Assembly: GCA_951406725.2 (NCBI GenBank)
Contig: OX597824.1
Coordinates: 90,892,001 to 90,956,000 of the forward strand
Direction of reading: 5' to 3'
DNA from: Octopus vulgaris
Lineage: Eukaryota
Length of the DNA: 64,000 bases
Translations under genes and position numbers: made by a program
Shown here: one piece after another, positions 43,660 through 59,104 of the stretch
Numbering within the stretch: position 1 is the first letter of the stretch
How the letters are laid out: each line of letters begins with the position of its first letter
The notes under the pieces: generated by a model
What the model saw: the letters and a program-made list of their open reading frames with translations, nothing else
Database searches by the model: none
What the model was told of the DNA's origin: nothing

Positions 43660-44330
43660 TTTGCGTCCTCTCCCCAAGAACCCCAAGTTCAGCCATAATT
43701 TGCTCCAGATGGGTCGGTATGTATCCTGTTGCTCCAATAATAACGAGTACGATGCTAAAAGTATATCTTGAGTACTGGATTTACAAACTCCTTATCAAGG
43801 GTCCATAGATATCCTCTTTACCTTGTATTTTTTTCTAACGACATCGATGTCTAAAGGGCAGCTGATTTCCACCACAGAACAAACCTTTTTTCTTGTGGTC
43901 TCACGCAACAAATATCTCGCAGGTCGTGCTTTAACTTGGTGGCTGTTTGAATTTTTCAGTTCCACCAATATTCTTTTGACCCATCGGTTTGAATATAATC
44001 AACTTCGTTTGTTAATGTTTTCTCTTTTGTTATCCCGTTCCAGACCGTTCCGATTTTTGATTTCCACATCGTTGTGCATAATGCATTATGGGAAGATAAT
44101 ACCTAGAGGATATTCTCTTACAGTTAACAATAATGAGGCTGATGTCTTCAGTCTTGGTCTAGAAAGGCATACATATGTTGTCTGCCAACGTTTTCTATCT
44201 CTGATGCAGGAGGTACTTGGAAAGGATCCCTTGTTCCTGAACTGCATGGGGATGGCCTTTAAAGTAGGATGTCATAAGTTTGTGGGTGCTCCATGCTAAG
44301 CTCTTGGCATGAGAAAACCATTTTATGGCT
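43660..44330 (-). mobile_element. Decayed RLE-type (R4-like) LINE C-terminal region
   Basis: 'TSYFKGHPHAVQEQGILSKYL', 'TEDIS', 'EYWWN', 'CSVVEISCPLD', 'KEDIYGPLI' and 'IIGATGYIP', across frameshifts. Confidence 0.8.
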
Positions 44331-44513
44331 CATGTATTTCGTACATATTTCGCATGTATGTATGTATGTATGTATGTGTGGATGTATGTATGTTCTCTTT
44401 ATTTTCTAATTATTTGAAGTTCTCATTTAAAGAAGGAGATGGTTTCAAACAAAGATACAAAGCTTCATCGTTGGAAAGATAATAACAGAAATAGTATGTA
44501 TATACATATGTAC

Positions 44514-44548
<35 letters not shown>

Positions 44549-44689
44549 TATGTTATATGCATATATACTTGTATGTATCTATCTATTTATGTATTCACTA
44601 ATTTAATTAAATATGTACTACAAAACGTAGTAAGCTTGGAAATATATCAGGATGGTTATCGCTGGGACGCCGTTAAATGATACTTCTAT

Positions 44690-45120
44690 TCATCACCAGT
44701 ACCATCATCATCCTCACCACCACCACCATCATCATCATCATCACCACCACCACTAGCATCATCATCACCACCACCACTAGCATCACCATCATCACCACCA
44801 CCACCACCACCACCATCACCACCACCATCATCATCACCATCACCCACATCACCACCACCACCATCATCACCACGACCATCATCATCACCACCACCATCAA
44901 CATCACCACCACAACCATCACCACCACCACCATCATCATCACCACCATCATCACCACCACCACCACCACCACCACTACCACCACCACCATCATCCTTACC
45001 ACCACCACCATCATCACCACCACCACTACCACCACCACCATCATCCTTACCACTACCACTATCATCACCACCACTACCACCATCATCATCACCACCACCA
45101 TCCTCATCACCACCATCACC
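44690..45120. repeat. (CAC)n/(CAT)n array
   Basis: Direct reading. Confidence 0.95.
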
Positions 45121-45887
45121 TCTGTTGTTTTCCTCAACGTATTATCTACCCGTTTCAACTTGCGTTTCTCTATTTGTTGGTTGAGCAAAGGGCTCCTGCT
45201 TGGTTTTTGCCCAAAAGTCTTTGTTGGTCACAAGTTTTTGAAATTTCATGTTTAAGATACGATGAGGCACATATTCATTTTAAATACGTTTCGACAAATT
45301 CGAACATTGATATTCTAATCGCAGCTGTGTTCGGTCATTAGAGAAGAACTTCACCTTTCAGACGAATGTGTCGACGAGATATAATTATGTCGAAACGTCG
45401 GGTGTTCCAAAGTCTGCTTATGCTAACGAATTAGGTATGCTATGAACACACATTCGTCTAAGGCGAAGAAGTTGTTCTTCAATAGTAAGGCCCAGTAACA
45501 GTTAGTATATTCACGTTCGAATTTGCCGGAATGTATGATGACTGACCAGGCAATTTATCATTTCCATTCTCCCTGTTCACTGAGTATACGACGGTTTATT
45601 ATCGGTTAGCAGATATCAGCACGCATCAGTAAATAATTTATTTGCTGTAAGTTATAAATGAGAACCATAAACTCTAGCTAGATTCATTAGTCGGGTCGCC
45701 TTCGAGTGACAACGCACAGCGGTATCCCTTGTGCTAATCGATTGAGTGTGTTATGAATACACACTCGTCGTAAAAGAGAAGTTGTTCTCCGGTGAGGAAA
45801 TGCAACCGCGATTAGCATATTCAAGTTCGAATTCACCGGAACGTATTAACAATAAATATGCTAGTCATTACTTTGAATCCTGCTTTA

Positions 45888-47370
<1,483 letters not shown>

Positions 47371-47793
47371 TCTTGTTTTACTATATATTTTCTTTACTTT
47401 TTCATACCTTTCACTTTTCCTTTCTTCTTCGTCTTCCCACTTCCTCTGCCTGCCCTTCTCCTCTTTCTCCCCTTCCTTCCACATCTCACCTTCCTCTTCT
47501 TTAATACTCCCTCCCCTATCTCTCCCTCTTTCTCTCTGTACCATTCTCGTGCAAATGTAACGCGATGTCATACACAATGATGTGGTAATACTATTGGCGA
47601 CGATGTATTGTACGGCGAGAGGGAAAATTAACCAGTATGCAGTTTTGATACGATGGTAATTGTAAAGAGCTGGCGAGCTGTTCTATTGTTCATGCGGCTT
47701 TGCAGAACCGGGCTGCTCTTTGGTATTGGTTAAAGTCGATTACTATTATTGGTGAACTGAACAATGTTCACTGACATTATATACCGTATACTA

Positions 47794-48060
47794 AGGCGGC
47801 GAGCTGGCAGAAACGTTAGCACGCCGGGCGAAATGCGTATCCGTATTTCATCTGCCGTTACGTTCTGAGTTCAAATTCCGCCGAGGTCAACTTTATTTTC
47901 ATCCTTTCGGGATCGATAAATCAAATACCAGTGAAATATTGGGGTCGATATAATCGACATATCCCTTTCCCCAAAATAGCTGCCCTTATGACAAAATTTA
48001 AAACTATTATTATTACTCAAGACGGCTTGACGTGGATATTGTTCAGAATTATTATTATAA

Positions 48061-48105
<45 letters not shown>

Positions 48106-48335
48106 TCAAGGCGGCGAGCTGGCAGAATCGTTAGCACGCCAGGCGAAATGCTTAGTGGTATTTCGTCTGCCGCTACGTTCTGAGTTCAAATTCCGCCGAG
48201 GTCGACTTTGCCTTTCATCCTTTCGGGGTCGATAAATAAAGTACCAGTTTCGCACTGGGGTCGATGTAATCGACTTAATCCGTTTGTCTGTCTTTGTCCA
48301 CTCTATGTTTAGCCCCTTATGGGCAATAAAGAAAT
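47794..48335 (+). mobile_element. Two SINE family A copies (47794-48005, 48109-48335)
   Basis: Both start ggcggcgagctggcagaa; B box gagttcaaattcc. Confidence 0.92.
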
Positions 48336-48859
48336 ATATATATATATATATATATATACAGAGGTGAAATCATATAATGTTGCTGAATTGAGGGTTAGTG
48401 AATTAAGGGCTGCGTAGTGTTGGTGAACGAGAAGCTGTTTAAGGTGGAGGACTGAATATGGGTAATGTTCGTTAGGGATGGGAAAATGTTAACGAACTAT
48501 GTATGCTGTAGGGCTGAGGATTCGGTATGGTGTAGTGAAGGTGAAAAGGGGATTATCTAATGTGGATTACACGGAAATCTTTTAGATTTGGCCGAATGGG
48601 AATGATTTGTTTAGTAATGGTGAACAAGAGTTTGAGTGACTTCACGAAGTTGTGAGATTGTACAGTATTGTGTAGCATTGTCGTGTTTTGATATAATATC
48701 GAAGAGCTAGGGATTATGGATTATGGAGTGGTGATTAGCTGGGATTTATTTAGTTTTAACTCTTTAGCATTCAGATTACTCTGTCAAATGTAATGCTTAT
48801 TTATTCACCATGTTTTGAATTAATTGTGCATTATCTCACCCAGAAAATTGCTACCCACT

Positions 48860-49332
48860 GGGTAGTGGGTAGCAATTTTCTTCACTACTTCAGGGAGTGA
48901 CGACCCTGCCTGACACAAATTCCGGGCTCAGCTGGCTCCGGCTGACAGTACCCGGTATGGGCCCCTATCCAGAGTTACTGAAAGGAGACAATCTTCAAAG
49001 AAATCCGGAGTGGAGCCCCGTAGGCGGTTTAGTGTTCGATTCGACACTCTTCCGGCAGCTCCTGCAACCAAGCTGGTGCCAAGCGTAATACTCTGCACTC
49101 CTTTGGACTACATCAGCAAGGTCGAGAGAGAAATCCTGACGATTGGGCTACCCAGGATTTTCTTACATCTAGTCCAGGCCTGTGCAAAACTGGAGAGGAA
49201 ACTGGAGAGGACATGAAATGTAAAAACCAAACTGGATTAGTGTAACGCCATTGTCTCCCGAGACAAAAGGATGCCAACAACAATCTCACCCAAGACAACT
49301 GCTGCAATTGCTCAAAAACGGTTACGATTTGC
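48860..49332 (+). mobile_element. Probable LINE (RTE-like) 5' UTR fragment
   Basis: GC-balanced segment with 'cggcagctcctgcaaccaagctggtgccaagcgta', which resembles RTE 5' leaders as I recall them; it is cut by a SINE at ~49338. Confidence 0.45.
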
Positions 49333-49337
49333 AGGAC

Positions 49338-49539
49338 TCTTTTACTCTTTTACTTGTTTCAGTCATTTGATTGTGGCCATGCTGGAGCACCGCCTTTAGT
49401 CGAGCAAATCGACCCCAGGACTTATTCTTTGTAAGACTAGTACTTATTCTATCGGTATCTTTTGCCGAACCGCTAAGTTACGGTTGTCAAGCGATGTTGG
49501 GGGTGGGACAAACACAGACACACAAATATATACACACAC

Positions 49540-49593
<54 letters not shown>

Positions 49594-49627
49594 GACGGGC
49601 TTCTTTCAGTTTCCGCCTACCAAATCG
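49338..49627 (-). mobile_element. SINE family B, partial
   Basis: 'cttgtttcagtcatttga...ctggagcaccgcctttagtcgagcaaatcgacccc'. Confidence 0.9.
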
Positions 49628-49659
49628 ATAGCAGTAGCAGTAGCAGCAGCAGCAGCATC

Positions 49660-49719
<60 letters not shown>

Positions 49720-49723
49720 CGTT

Positions 49724-49761
<38 letters not shown>

Positions 49762-50466
49762 GGTGGTGGTGGTGGTGGTAGTAGTAGTGTGAGTTTGTGT
49801 ATTGGGTTTACAAACATGGCGGTGTCTAAACTGTAAGTGGTAACGATGCCGTGAATTGTGAAAGTTTTGGTTCCCTAATGGTGGTATTGGTTGTGTTGGT
49901 GGTGGTGGTGGTGGTGGTGGTGGTGGTGGTATAGATGGTGGTGGTTGTGGTGGTGTTGGCGATGGCTGCCGATGGGTGTGACAGTGTGGGATGTGTAATA
50001 GATTCGCCATATTAAGTCGCCATTACTATTCAAACGTGAACGCGGTTTATTGGCTGGTCTTAAAGAGGTCTCCGTGGTATGCTGGGTTTTGCTTCATAAA
50101 GCCACTCATATAAACAACTCAATACACGCGCACACACCTATTACATAAATACACTGCCAAATTAACACGTATTTACCCAGTCACACTCACACCTACAGCT
50201 ACGCACACGCATACACACACATACACACACACACACAAACACCCATTCAGATATATACATACCTATCTATCAACCTATTTTACTCTCTCTAACTCTAACT
50301 CTCTCTCTCTCTCTTTCACTCCCTCACTCTTTCTCTCTCTCTGCCTCCCTATGTGTGTATATATATACATATATACACACATACTCACTCACAAATGCAT
50401 ACATGTATATACATATATAGTTACCTTCTCACACACTTATACAAATATGTATGCGATATGTAGACC

Positions 50467-50580
<114 letters not shown>

Positions 50581-50878
50581 TGTGTGTGTGTAGAGAGAGA
50601 GAGAGGGAGAAGTACATTTATGCACTCACAGACATACCATCGTATATACGCATGTACATACATACACATGCACTTAGACACACACACACACGTTTGCAAA
50701 CTTCAAAAGTTTTGGCTTGCAATCTCCCGTTCTTCCACAGCTCAGTGCACATCTCATGAAAGTTCCATTTTAGACTATCGTCTGCTCCAACCAATTTTCC
50801 CTGGGGCTCATCGCCATCAACTATAACCCTTTAGTTAAACGAATACATATATATATATATGTATGTATATATATATAT

Positions 50879-50909
<31 letters not shown>

Positions 50910-51627
50910 GATATAGATATGTATGCGTGTGTATGTATATTTGCATGTATGTATTTATATACATGCATATACATATATGTATATGTGTATACCAACATCA
51001 TATAGATATATATAGAGAGAGAGAGATAGATGTATGTATATTTATATATACATATACGCATATATACAGAGATATGAATAATAATTATATATATATATAT
51101 ACATGTATATATAATTTTAATATATGCATATATGTGTGTGTATATGTACGCATTTATTTATGTATATACCTATGTGTATGTATATATACACGCATACATA
51201 CTTACATATGCAGTTGTGTGCATGTGTATATATGTGTATGCATATTTATGTGTACGTGTGTGTTTTACAACGGTTCATTCACCATTTCAATTTCAAAACT
51301 TCTCCATCACTTAAATCTCTTATTTTCCTCCATTCTTGCCCCCCTCTCTCCTTCCTCTCCTCTCCCTTTCTCTTTTTCACACACTCTTCCTTTCACTCTA
51401 TCACACATAACCCCCTCTCTCTCTCTCTTACACACACGCACACATTCTCCTCCTCCCTTCCCCTCTACCTTCTCCTCTATCTTCTGCTCATAAATATTGA
51501 ATCACTTATTTTTTTTTCCTTCAATAGTTGGGAAAGAATGGTGTTCTTTTGGGAACAATTCTTGATAGTTTTCCCTTTCTATTTTCTCTCATATTCTTTT
51601 TTATTTTTCTAATTTATTCCCGTTTCT

Positions 51628-52016
<389 letters not shown>

Positions 52017-52068
52017 CCTTTATCATACTTTTTTTCATAATTTTATTTCGCTATATAGTCTTCTTTTG

Positions 52069-52133
<65 letters not shown>

Positions 52134-52533
52134 CTTTTGCCCATTTTCTTTTGTTTTTCGTAATTATTTTTTGTTTTTATTCTTTCCAATTTTGTTTCAT
52201 TTTATATATTTTTCTACAGATTTTATATTTTTCTGCATATTTCACATCATACATACATGCATGCGGTATGTGTATGTGTGTGTGTGTGTGTGTGTGTTTG
52301 GTATTTTTATATTTTTATATTTTTTATTCATATCTTTTTTATATCTCTATTACATTTATTTTTTAAAATATTCTAATATTTTATTCATACATACTTTATA
52401 TGGACTTTTTTTATTGTATTCGTGTTATGCTCTTGTTTTAATATAAATTTTTTGTCGTTATAATTTATACATATATGCATACATACACACACGCACATAC
52501 TGACACTTATATATCCTTACATATACTCCTGCA

Positions 52534-52610
<77 letters not shown>

Positions 52611-53276
52611 TTTTTAATCTCCTCTGTCTCTCTCTCTTTCGCTAATTGCTGATATATACCTCGAAGTAAAATCTTTTCTTTCGGAAGAGTTGACAGAAAA
52701 AAAAGTGGCGTGGCGGGGGGGGAGTATTCCTAGCGGTGTCAGTATCGAAACCTTGACCTCAATATATGGATGTCAGAGAGCGAGACAGCCTTTAGAAATA
52801 TTAATAACAAAATTCATGCGCGCGCACACACACACACACAAACACACACATATATACACACATACACACACACTCATCCAGGTCTCCATTAAACATTTAT
52901 GAACGATGAACTGGAAGTTAGACGAATTTTACAACGATATCCTCAAAATACCCCCAAGATAATGTCACGACAACAATAACAACAACGACAATTACAACAA
53001 GAACTTCCTTATTTTTTGACAAGTTACAAGAAACGTTCCAAAAAAATCCTTAGCTTTACTAACCGTTTCTTGGGACATCATCAGCCCTCAGCCAGATGCC
53101 CTATCTGTATCCATGGGTCGGCTACTAAGACCCTCCAGTTTTCTCTGTGTTGTGTTGCACATATACAATTAGCCAGGCTCTTGTTTCCAACCGATTATTT
53201 AGTGTAATCACTACACAAACATCTCCGACAGTTTTTTATTCTCTTCCTCTCCCCCACTTCCTGTCAAGATGGTCTT

Positions 53277-53756
53277 GGTGGCGAGCTGGCAGAAACGTTA
53301 GCACGCCGGGCGAAATGCTTAGCGATATTTCGTCTGCCGTTACGTTCTGAGTTCAAATTCCGCCGAGGTCGACTTTGCCTTTCATCCTTTCGGGGTCGAT
53401 AAATTAAGTACCAGTTACGCACTGGGGTCGATATAATCGACTTAATCCGTTTGTCTGTCCTTGTTTGTCCTCTCTGTGTTTAGCCCTATGTGGGTAGCAA
53501 AGAAATAGGTATTTCGTCTGCCGCTACGTTCTGAGTTCCAATTCCGCCGAGGTCGACTTTGCCTTTCATCCTTTCGGGGTCGATTAAATAAGTGCCAGTT
53601 ACGCACTGGGGTCGATAATATCGACTTAATCCGTTTGTCTGTCCCTGTTTGTCCTCTCTGTGTTTAGCCCCTTGTGGGTAGTAAAGAAATAAGTATTTCG
53701 TCTGTCGTTACATTGTGAGTTCAAATTCCGCCGAGGTCGACTTTGCCTTTCATCCT
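53277..53756 (+). mobile_element. SINE family A head-to-tail concatemer (1 full copy plus 1.4 headless units, period 184 bp)
   Basis: The tail 'aaagaaata' joins the internal 'gtatttcgtctg' at 53509 and at 53693. Confidence 0.93.
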
Positions 53757-53870
53757 GCATCTGGACATTGGAGCCTGAAAGTATGTTTCAAAGACCTGTC
53801 TAGACACGTGTTCCTGCAGCAATGAACTATTGGTAGTTGGTATCTTTACTGCGCGCATTATATATAATCA

Positions 53871-54128
53871 TTTACTCTTTTACTTGTTTCAGTCATTTGA
53901 CTGTGGCCATGCTGGAGCACCGCCTTTAGTCGAGCAAATCGACCCCAGGACTTATTCTTTGTAAGGCTAGTACCTATTCTATCGGTCTCTTTTGCCAAAC
54001 CGCTAAGTTATGGGGACGTGAACACACCAACATCGGTTGTCAAGCGATGTTGGGAGGGGACAAACACAGACTCACAAACATATACACACATACATATATA
54101 CATACATATATATGCATGTATGTATATA

Positions 54129-54204
<76 letters not shown>

Positions 54205-54370
54205 ATACGACAGGCTTCTTGCAGTTTTTGTCTACCAAATCCACTCACAAGGCTTTGGTCGGCCCGAGGCTATAGTAGAAGACACGTGCCCAAGGTGCCA
54301 CGCAGTAGGACTGAACCCGGAACCGTGTGGTTCGTAAGCAAGCTACTTACCACACAGCCCTTCCCACGCC
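53871..54370 (-). mobile_element. Full-length SINE family B with internal (TA)n
   Basis: Reverse complement of the 24856-25282 architecture. Confidence 0.92.
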
Positions 54371-57342
54371 TGAAGTTCGCACACAGTATCGTACTATCTA
54401 AATATCGTAAACAGAATCAGTACAGCTATCTTCTATTGCATCAACAACATAAGACTTTTTTGTTCATGCTTTCGCTCGTATTCGTATTTATTTTAACGCT
54501 CGTTAACTACATTCGGCAGGTTTTCTATAACATAATTATAGATCGTAGGCACGGTGTGAAGCCGGTCTACAAACGTAGTAAGTGTGATAGGGAGAGCGGA
54601 CACCCTCCTTCTATGAGGTGTTACACTGGCAAGTGTGGTGGTGCATCCTTGCCAGCGTGACACCTCACTGTATTTTCCAATGCGTACTTGATCTGGAAAA
54701 GATATTGAGCAATAATCACCTCATATCAAACCGGTAATATCAATTTAATTGAAAGATTGTTCTTATATCAGAAGAGCATAAAAATGTAAGGATTACTAAA
54801 TATTTTAAAGTACAACTTGCTTTATCAGTTGTTCAATCGAATAAAAATCCCAATTCTATGGCAAAACTTTTTCCAGTAGTTTCCTGTATGGTATGGACTT
54901 AACTCCACAGAATATATTACTGACAATACTTACATTCAAATAACGGATATATTTACAAGACAATTTCAATAATCTACTCACATTCGATTTTATAGCCAAC
55001 ACATTTTACTGCGGTTATCAGTTCTGTTGTACAATTGAATTTTGAAATATTTTCCAATATCTAAGAAAAAAATATATATCTGGCGGCGTTTGGGGGATAT
55101 AACAATAAAAGAAAGGAACCACCGCTTCATCTCGTCACAAATCTCCTTTGAACTCTTGACAGAGACACAGAAGATTGATTAAGCAGAACAGTAAATGCAT
55201 GGATTGTCAATTCGTTGTTTAATTTACTCCTGTAGCAAAAATAAACACAACAAAAACAACTTACGAGACGTTTATATTTACCAACAACCGTGGGGTTTAA
55301 GTCAACAAGTATTGCTCTGGGGGGACCGTTTCTCAGAACCTAACTCCTGAAAGAACGTCCTAGACGAATCATTAAAACCAATAGACTCTTCAAATGATAT
55401 CCATGTAGCCATGTTCAAAGCTTATAGCTCCTAATAATCGAGTTCAGTTTGGACTCCAGCCTGTTCAATATGGCAGCTGATGCATTCTCTCTGAAAAAGA
55501 GAGAATAGTGTCCATTATAACCGTTGAAGGTTATAATGGACACAGGCGATGGCCTCTTGAAGCTAATCAACGGCAGCATTCGTCCTATTTTTCTGGACTG
55601 TAATATTAGCTTGCAGATAACTATTAATATCCAGTACCGCTACCGTAGTCTCCTTTAGAGAGAATTAGAAATAATGATAGTTCTATTTTAGTATAAGAGT
55701 TATTTTACTAGAAGCTAAAGAGATTGGACAAAAGTGGTAATCGAACGAAAGCGAGAGCACTGCCGTGGTCTGCCGCCGGTTAGAAATAGCAACCGAATTC
55801 CTTCGTATCTTACCCTATCGATTTACAAAAATGTATATCGTGCAAAGTCTCAATTTAGAAGACAGATAGGATAACTGGAACGATTTTGAACATACGTTTT
55901 CGCAAACAAGTCTTCAGAGGGTTAAATGAAAACCATACAAAAGTACAGAAACCATTTACAGCGGATCTTGGAATTGAAATCGCCGAAATAAACCGCTTTT
56001 TCCGAGAGATAAACGATAACACCACAAAAAATACAAATTCAATCGAATTATTCAGCTCAAATATTTTAATCGCTTTTTATGCATGGCCGTGTGTTTAAGT
56101 TTATCGTTCAATTTCTCATTTCAGTATCACTTTACGACATTTTGAGCAAACGTTTTCCAGCAAAGCTGTGGGTCAACCTTGAAAGCGTAAATGGCTTTAG
56201 TGGTAGCCATGTGGACACTCATCAAATTAATGATGTCCCTAATTAGAGGGTGCAACCTAGTCACTAAGGTCAACCACAAGTCTTCCTGGAGATTACGTAA
56301 AAAGGTTCAAGAGATTCTGAAAGAGTAAGCTGCTCAATCGTTAAGTTAAATGCTTGGATGGATTTTGACAGCCGATCCTCGGTTCTTACGCTAAGAGTAA
56401 AAGCTGTACGAAAAACCAGGAAAACTTATAACCAGTAAATATTGAAGTTCCACAATAATAAAAATTGCTATACTAAATAACTGAAGAATATATTAGTAAA
56501 ATCTGACAAACGATTTATCTACATTTAAATTGAATTTAATATTTCTCTTTAAATTATGTAGTTCTAAATACAATTTTGTGAAGAACTAGAAAACGGGTGT
56601 TAATGTAGATAGAATTTAAATTAAATACCATTTTGTAATACAAATTTTTTAATGGATTAAATGTGAGCACAAAATGTGAGTAGAAAAACGTTTTCAATGA
56701 ACAGAGATTGTATAAGACTGAATCGCTTCGTTGCAAGGTTTGAAACGGCTTCGGTAAGTTTTTCCAGTCGTAACTCTTGTGTAGCGACGGATCAAAACAC
56801 TTTGATAAATTCTTTAATCAACGACAAACTAATTAGAATCCCATAGGATTTTTTAATGTCTGGTTTGTCTACATATTTCGGGGGTTTCTCATGTAATATA
56901 GTATACTGTTACATAGCTAATTTTGGTTGTACCTCAACAGGTCACTTTATTACCTGAAGAACATTTCAACTTCGAAAATTCTTAGAAACATTTGGCAAGG
57001 GAAAAGAAAAACACGAAGTGAATAAATTTTAAGAAAAAAATGTTTCTTAAATGAGAAATGCTATCTATTCAAAACTGGATTCCCTAAAATTTTATAGAGT
57101 AACAAATAGGACTAAAATTATGGTAAACTTGCAATTATTGTAGCGCTGCTTGTGTGTGATTTGACAATTCAAAGACTAGAAAATAGCAAGAGGGTGGCTA
57201 AGATACAGGATTACTCAGTAACAGTTAACTTATTTGCAAAGTAGTCGAGAAATACTCAAAACTGTTGGCCTTGGCCTTGCTTTTTATACTTATGGTTTCT
57301 ACCATCTCTTCCATGGTCCTCCGGGCTGACTCACCATATTCA

Positions 57343-57870
57343 GAATTTCTTTATTTGGCACCACGGCCACAATACAGAAGGGGACACTACAAGGACAGAC
57401 ACAACACCACAATGGGGATATAAAACATAAAACGAATGAGAATGAAATGTTATATAAAGATGAAAAAATGAAATGGCTGCATGGGCCCCATCTCCATGCA
57501 GTACCATTTGAACGTTTATACACACTATTTAAAATCGTTCTGATTTTCTATTGGTTTTTCTTAATCATCTTTTTTTTTCATTGAAACACTTTTTCCTTTT
57601 TCTTTTTCTTTCAACAAAACAATTTTACTTTTTTTTTCCCCTTTTTAATACCTCATATAAGGCTTCACGTCTCTGAGTTCAACTACGGGTGGCAGTTCAT
57701 CGCACTCCACCAACACTCCGGGCCGGTCAATCTTGCTTCCGCACATGTCTTCTTGTCTATTGTATGTGTCTTTGTCGGCCACAATGGCCTTTATATTTCC
57801 TGAATACATATCCGTGGGTAACTTCACTCTCATGATATGCTTAAATTTTACAATTTTTCTTTCCACCTTT
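57343..57870 (-). mobile_element. Probable Tx1/L1-like LINE 3' end
   Basis: Minus-strand terminus 'gtccccttctgtattgtggccgtggtgccaaataaagaaat' resembles 29041-29085; it lies next to an RT relic. Confidence 0.5.
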
Positions 57871-58049
57871 TTGTTTTTTGCATATGTTACGAAGTTCCAT
57901 TTATTTTTTCAGCAGCACTTTGCTCGACTGTTCGGGACGAAGGGTGGGCCGGAACGCTGGGTGGATTTCAGTGCTAACCGCGACGGCTTGCCGTGACTCT
58001 CAGCAAGGGAGGCAAAGTGTTGCAAATAACTGATAACTGCCGTGGAAAT

Positions 58050-58485
58050 AAACGTGAAGGAATGATTATCTGCCCTGGGTACAAATCACCTGCCCTACGG
58101 ATGGCCTACCCTACGAGCTTTACTTTTACATGTAAGACTTGTTCGAAGACCTCTCGGCAATTATCTACCGCGACAAGCAGCAGAACGGGAGAATTTCTTG
58201 TTCTGTGAGCCGAAGAGCGGAAACACCACTAAGAAAGGGTTCAAACAAAATTAACCAAAAAGATAATTTAAGGCCCATAACATTGCTAAATGCAGATTTC
58301 AAAGTTTTGGCTAATGTTGGCAAATGGGTTGGCTGACACTTGTCACTAGTTTTATTGGTGATGTGCAAACATGCATCATCACGAACAGATCTTTCCACGA
58401 CAGCATCCCTTCCCCATCTCATGCGATACATCGTAGAAAGTGGGAATAAAGAACGTAGCATGGATGGGGTTGTGTTCAATTTCGA
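58050..58485 (+). pseudogene. L1/Tx1-like reverse transcriptase relic
   Basis: 'LRKGSNKINQKDNLRPITLLNADFKVLA', 'GDVQTC' and 'HLMRYIVE'. Confidence 0.85.
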
Positions 58486-58488
58486 TTT

Positions 58489-58791
58489 TTTGTTTGTTCC
58501 TTCTCGAGCCATGCCTGGCTCATAAGGTCCGGTTTCCCGATTTCCTTGGCGTATGGGTTCCCCACCTGGACGGGACGCCGGTCCATCGCAGGTGAGCTGC
58601 AAGATGCAGGAGGAAAGAGTGAGAGAAAGTTGTGGCGAAAGAGTCAGCAGAGATTCGCCGTTACCTTCTGCCGGAGCCGCGTGGAGCTTAGGTGTTTCGC
58701 TCATAAACACACACACCGCCCGGTCTGAGATTCGAACCCGCGATCCCTCGACCGCGAGTCCACTGCTCTAACCACAAGGCCATGTGCCTCC
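58489..58791 (-). mobile_element. SINE family C head with a third body type
   Basis: Head ggaggcacatggcc..gtggttagagcag.ggactcgcggtcg...gggttcgaatctc; body 'cctgcgatggaccggcgtcccgtccagg...gaaaccggacc'. Confidence 0.88.
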
Positions 58792-59104
58792 ACAATCAAT
58801 TTCGAGGCGATTCTCGCGCATGGACGCAGACCAATGACTGAAACAAGTAGAAGAACCTTTATTATGAGGTTACACACTTATAAATTGTGAGACTAGGGAC
58901 CCTCAGGTCCTCTGACACACTGACCTTGAAGGAATTTCGAGCTATTTTATGGACCACATCCAATTCACTTTACATTCAGTGTTCGGTTTACTGTAACACA
59001 GGTGACGATTAGGTGTAGTGTTGCGCCTTCAGGCTCAGTTTTGCTTTGCCCCAGCATGGCCACAGCTCATGAGCTGAAACTAGATAAAATGATTTTAAAA
59101 AATG

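Noticed and set aside
48360-48745. Possible decayed PLE RT fragment on the minus strand
   Set aside because: Only faint motif resemblance across frameshifts; it needs BLASTx.
54400-57300. 3-kb microsatellite-free stretch as a possible gene
   Set aside because: No long ORF or recognisable motif on either strand; it is probably old repeat or unique non-coding DNA.
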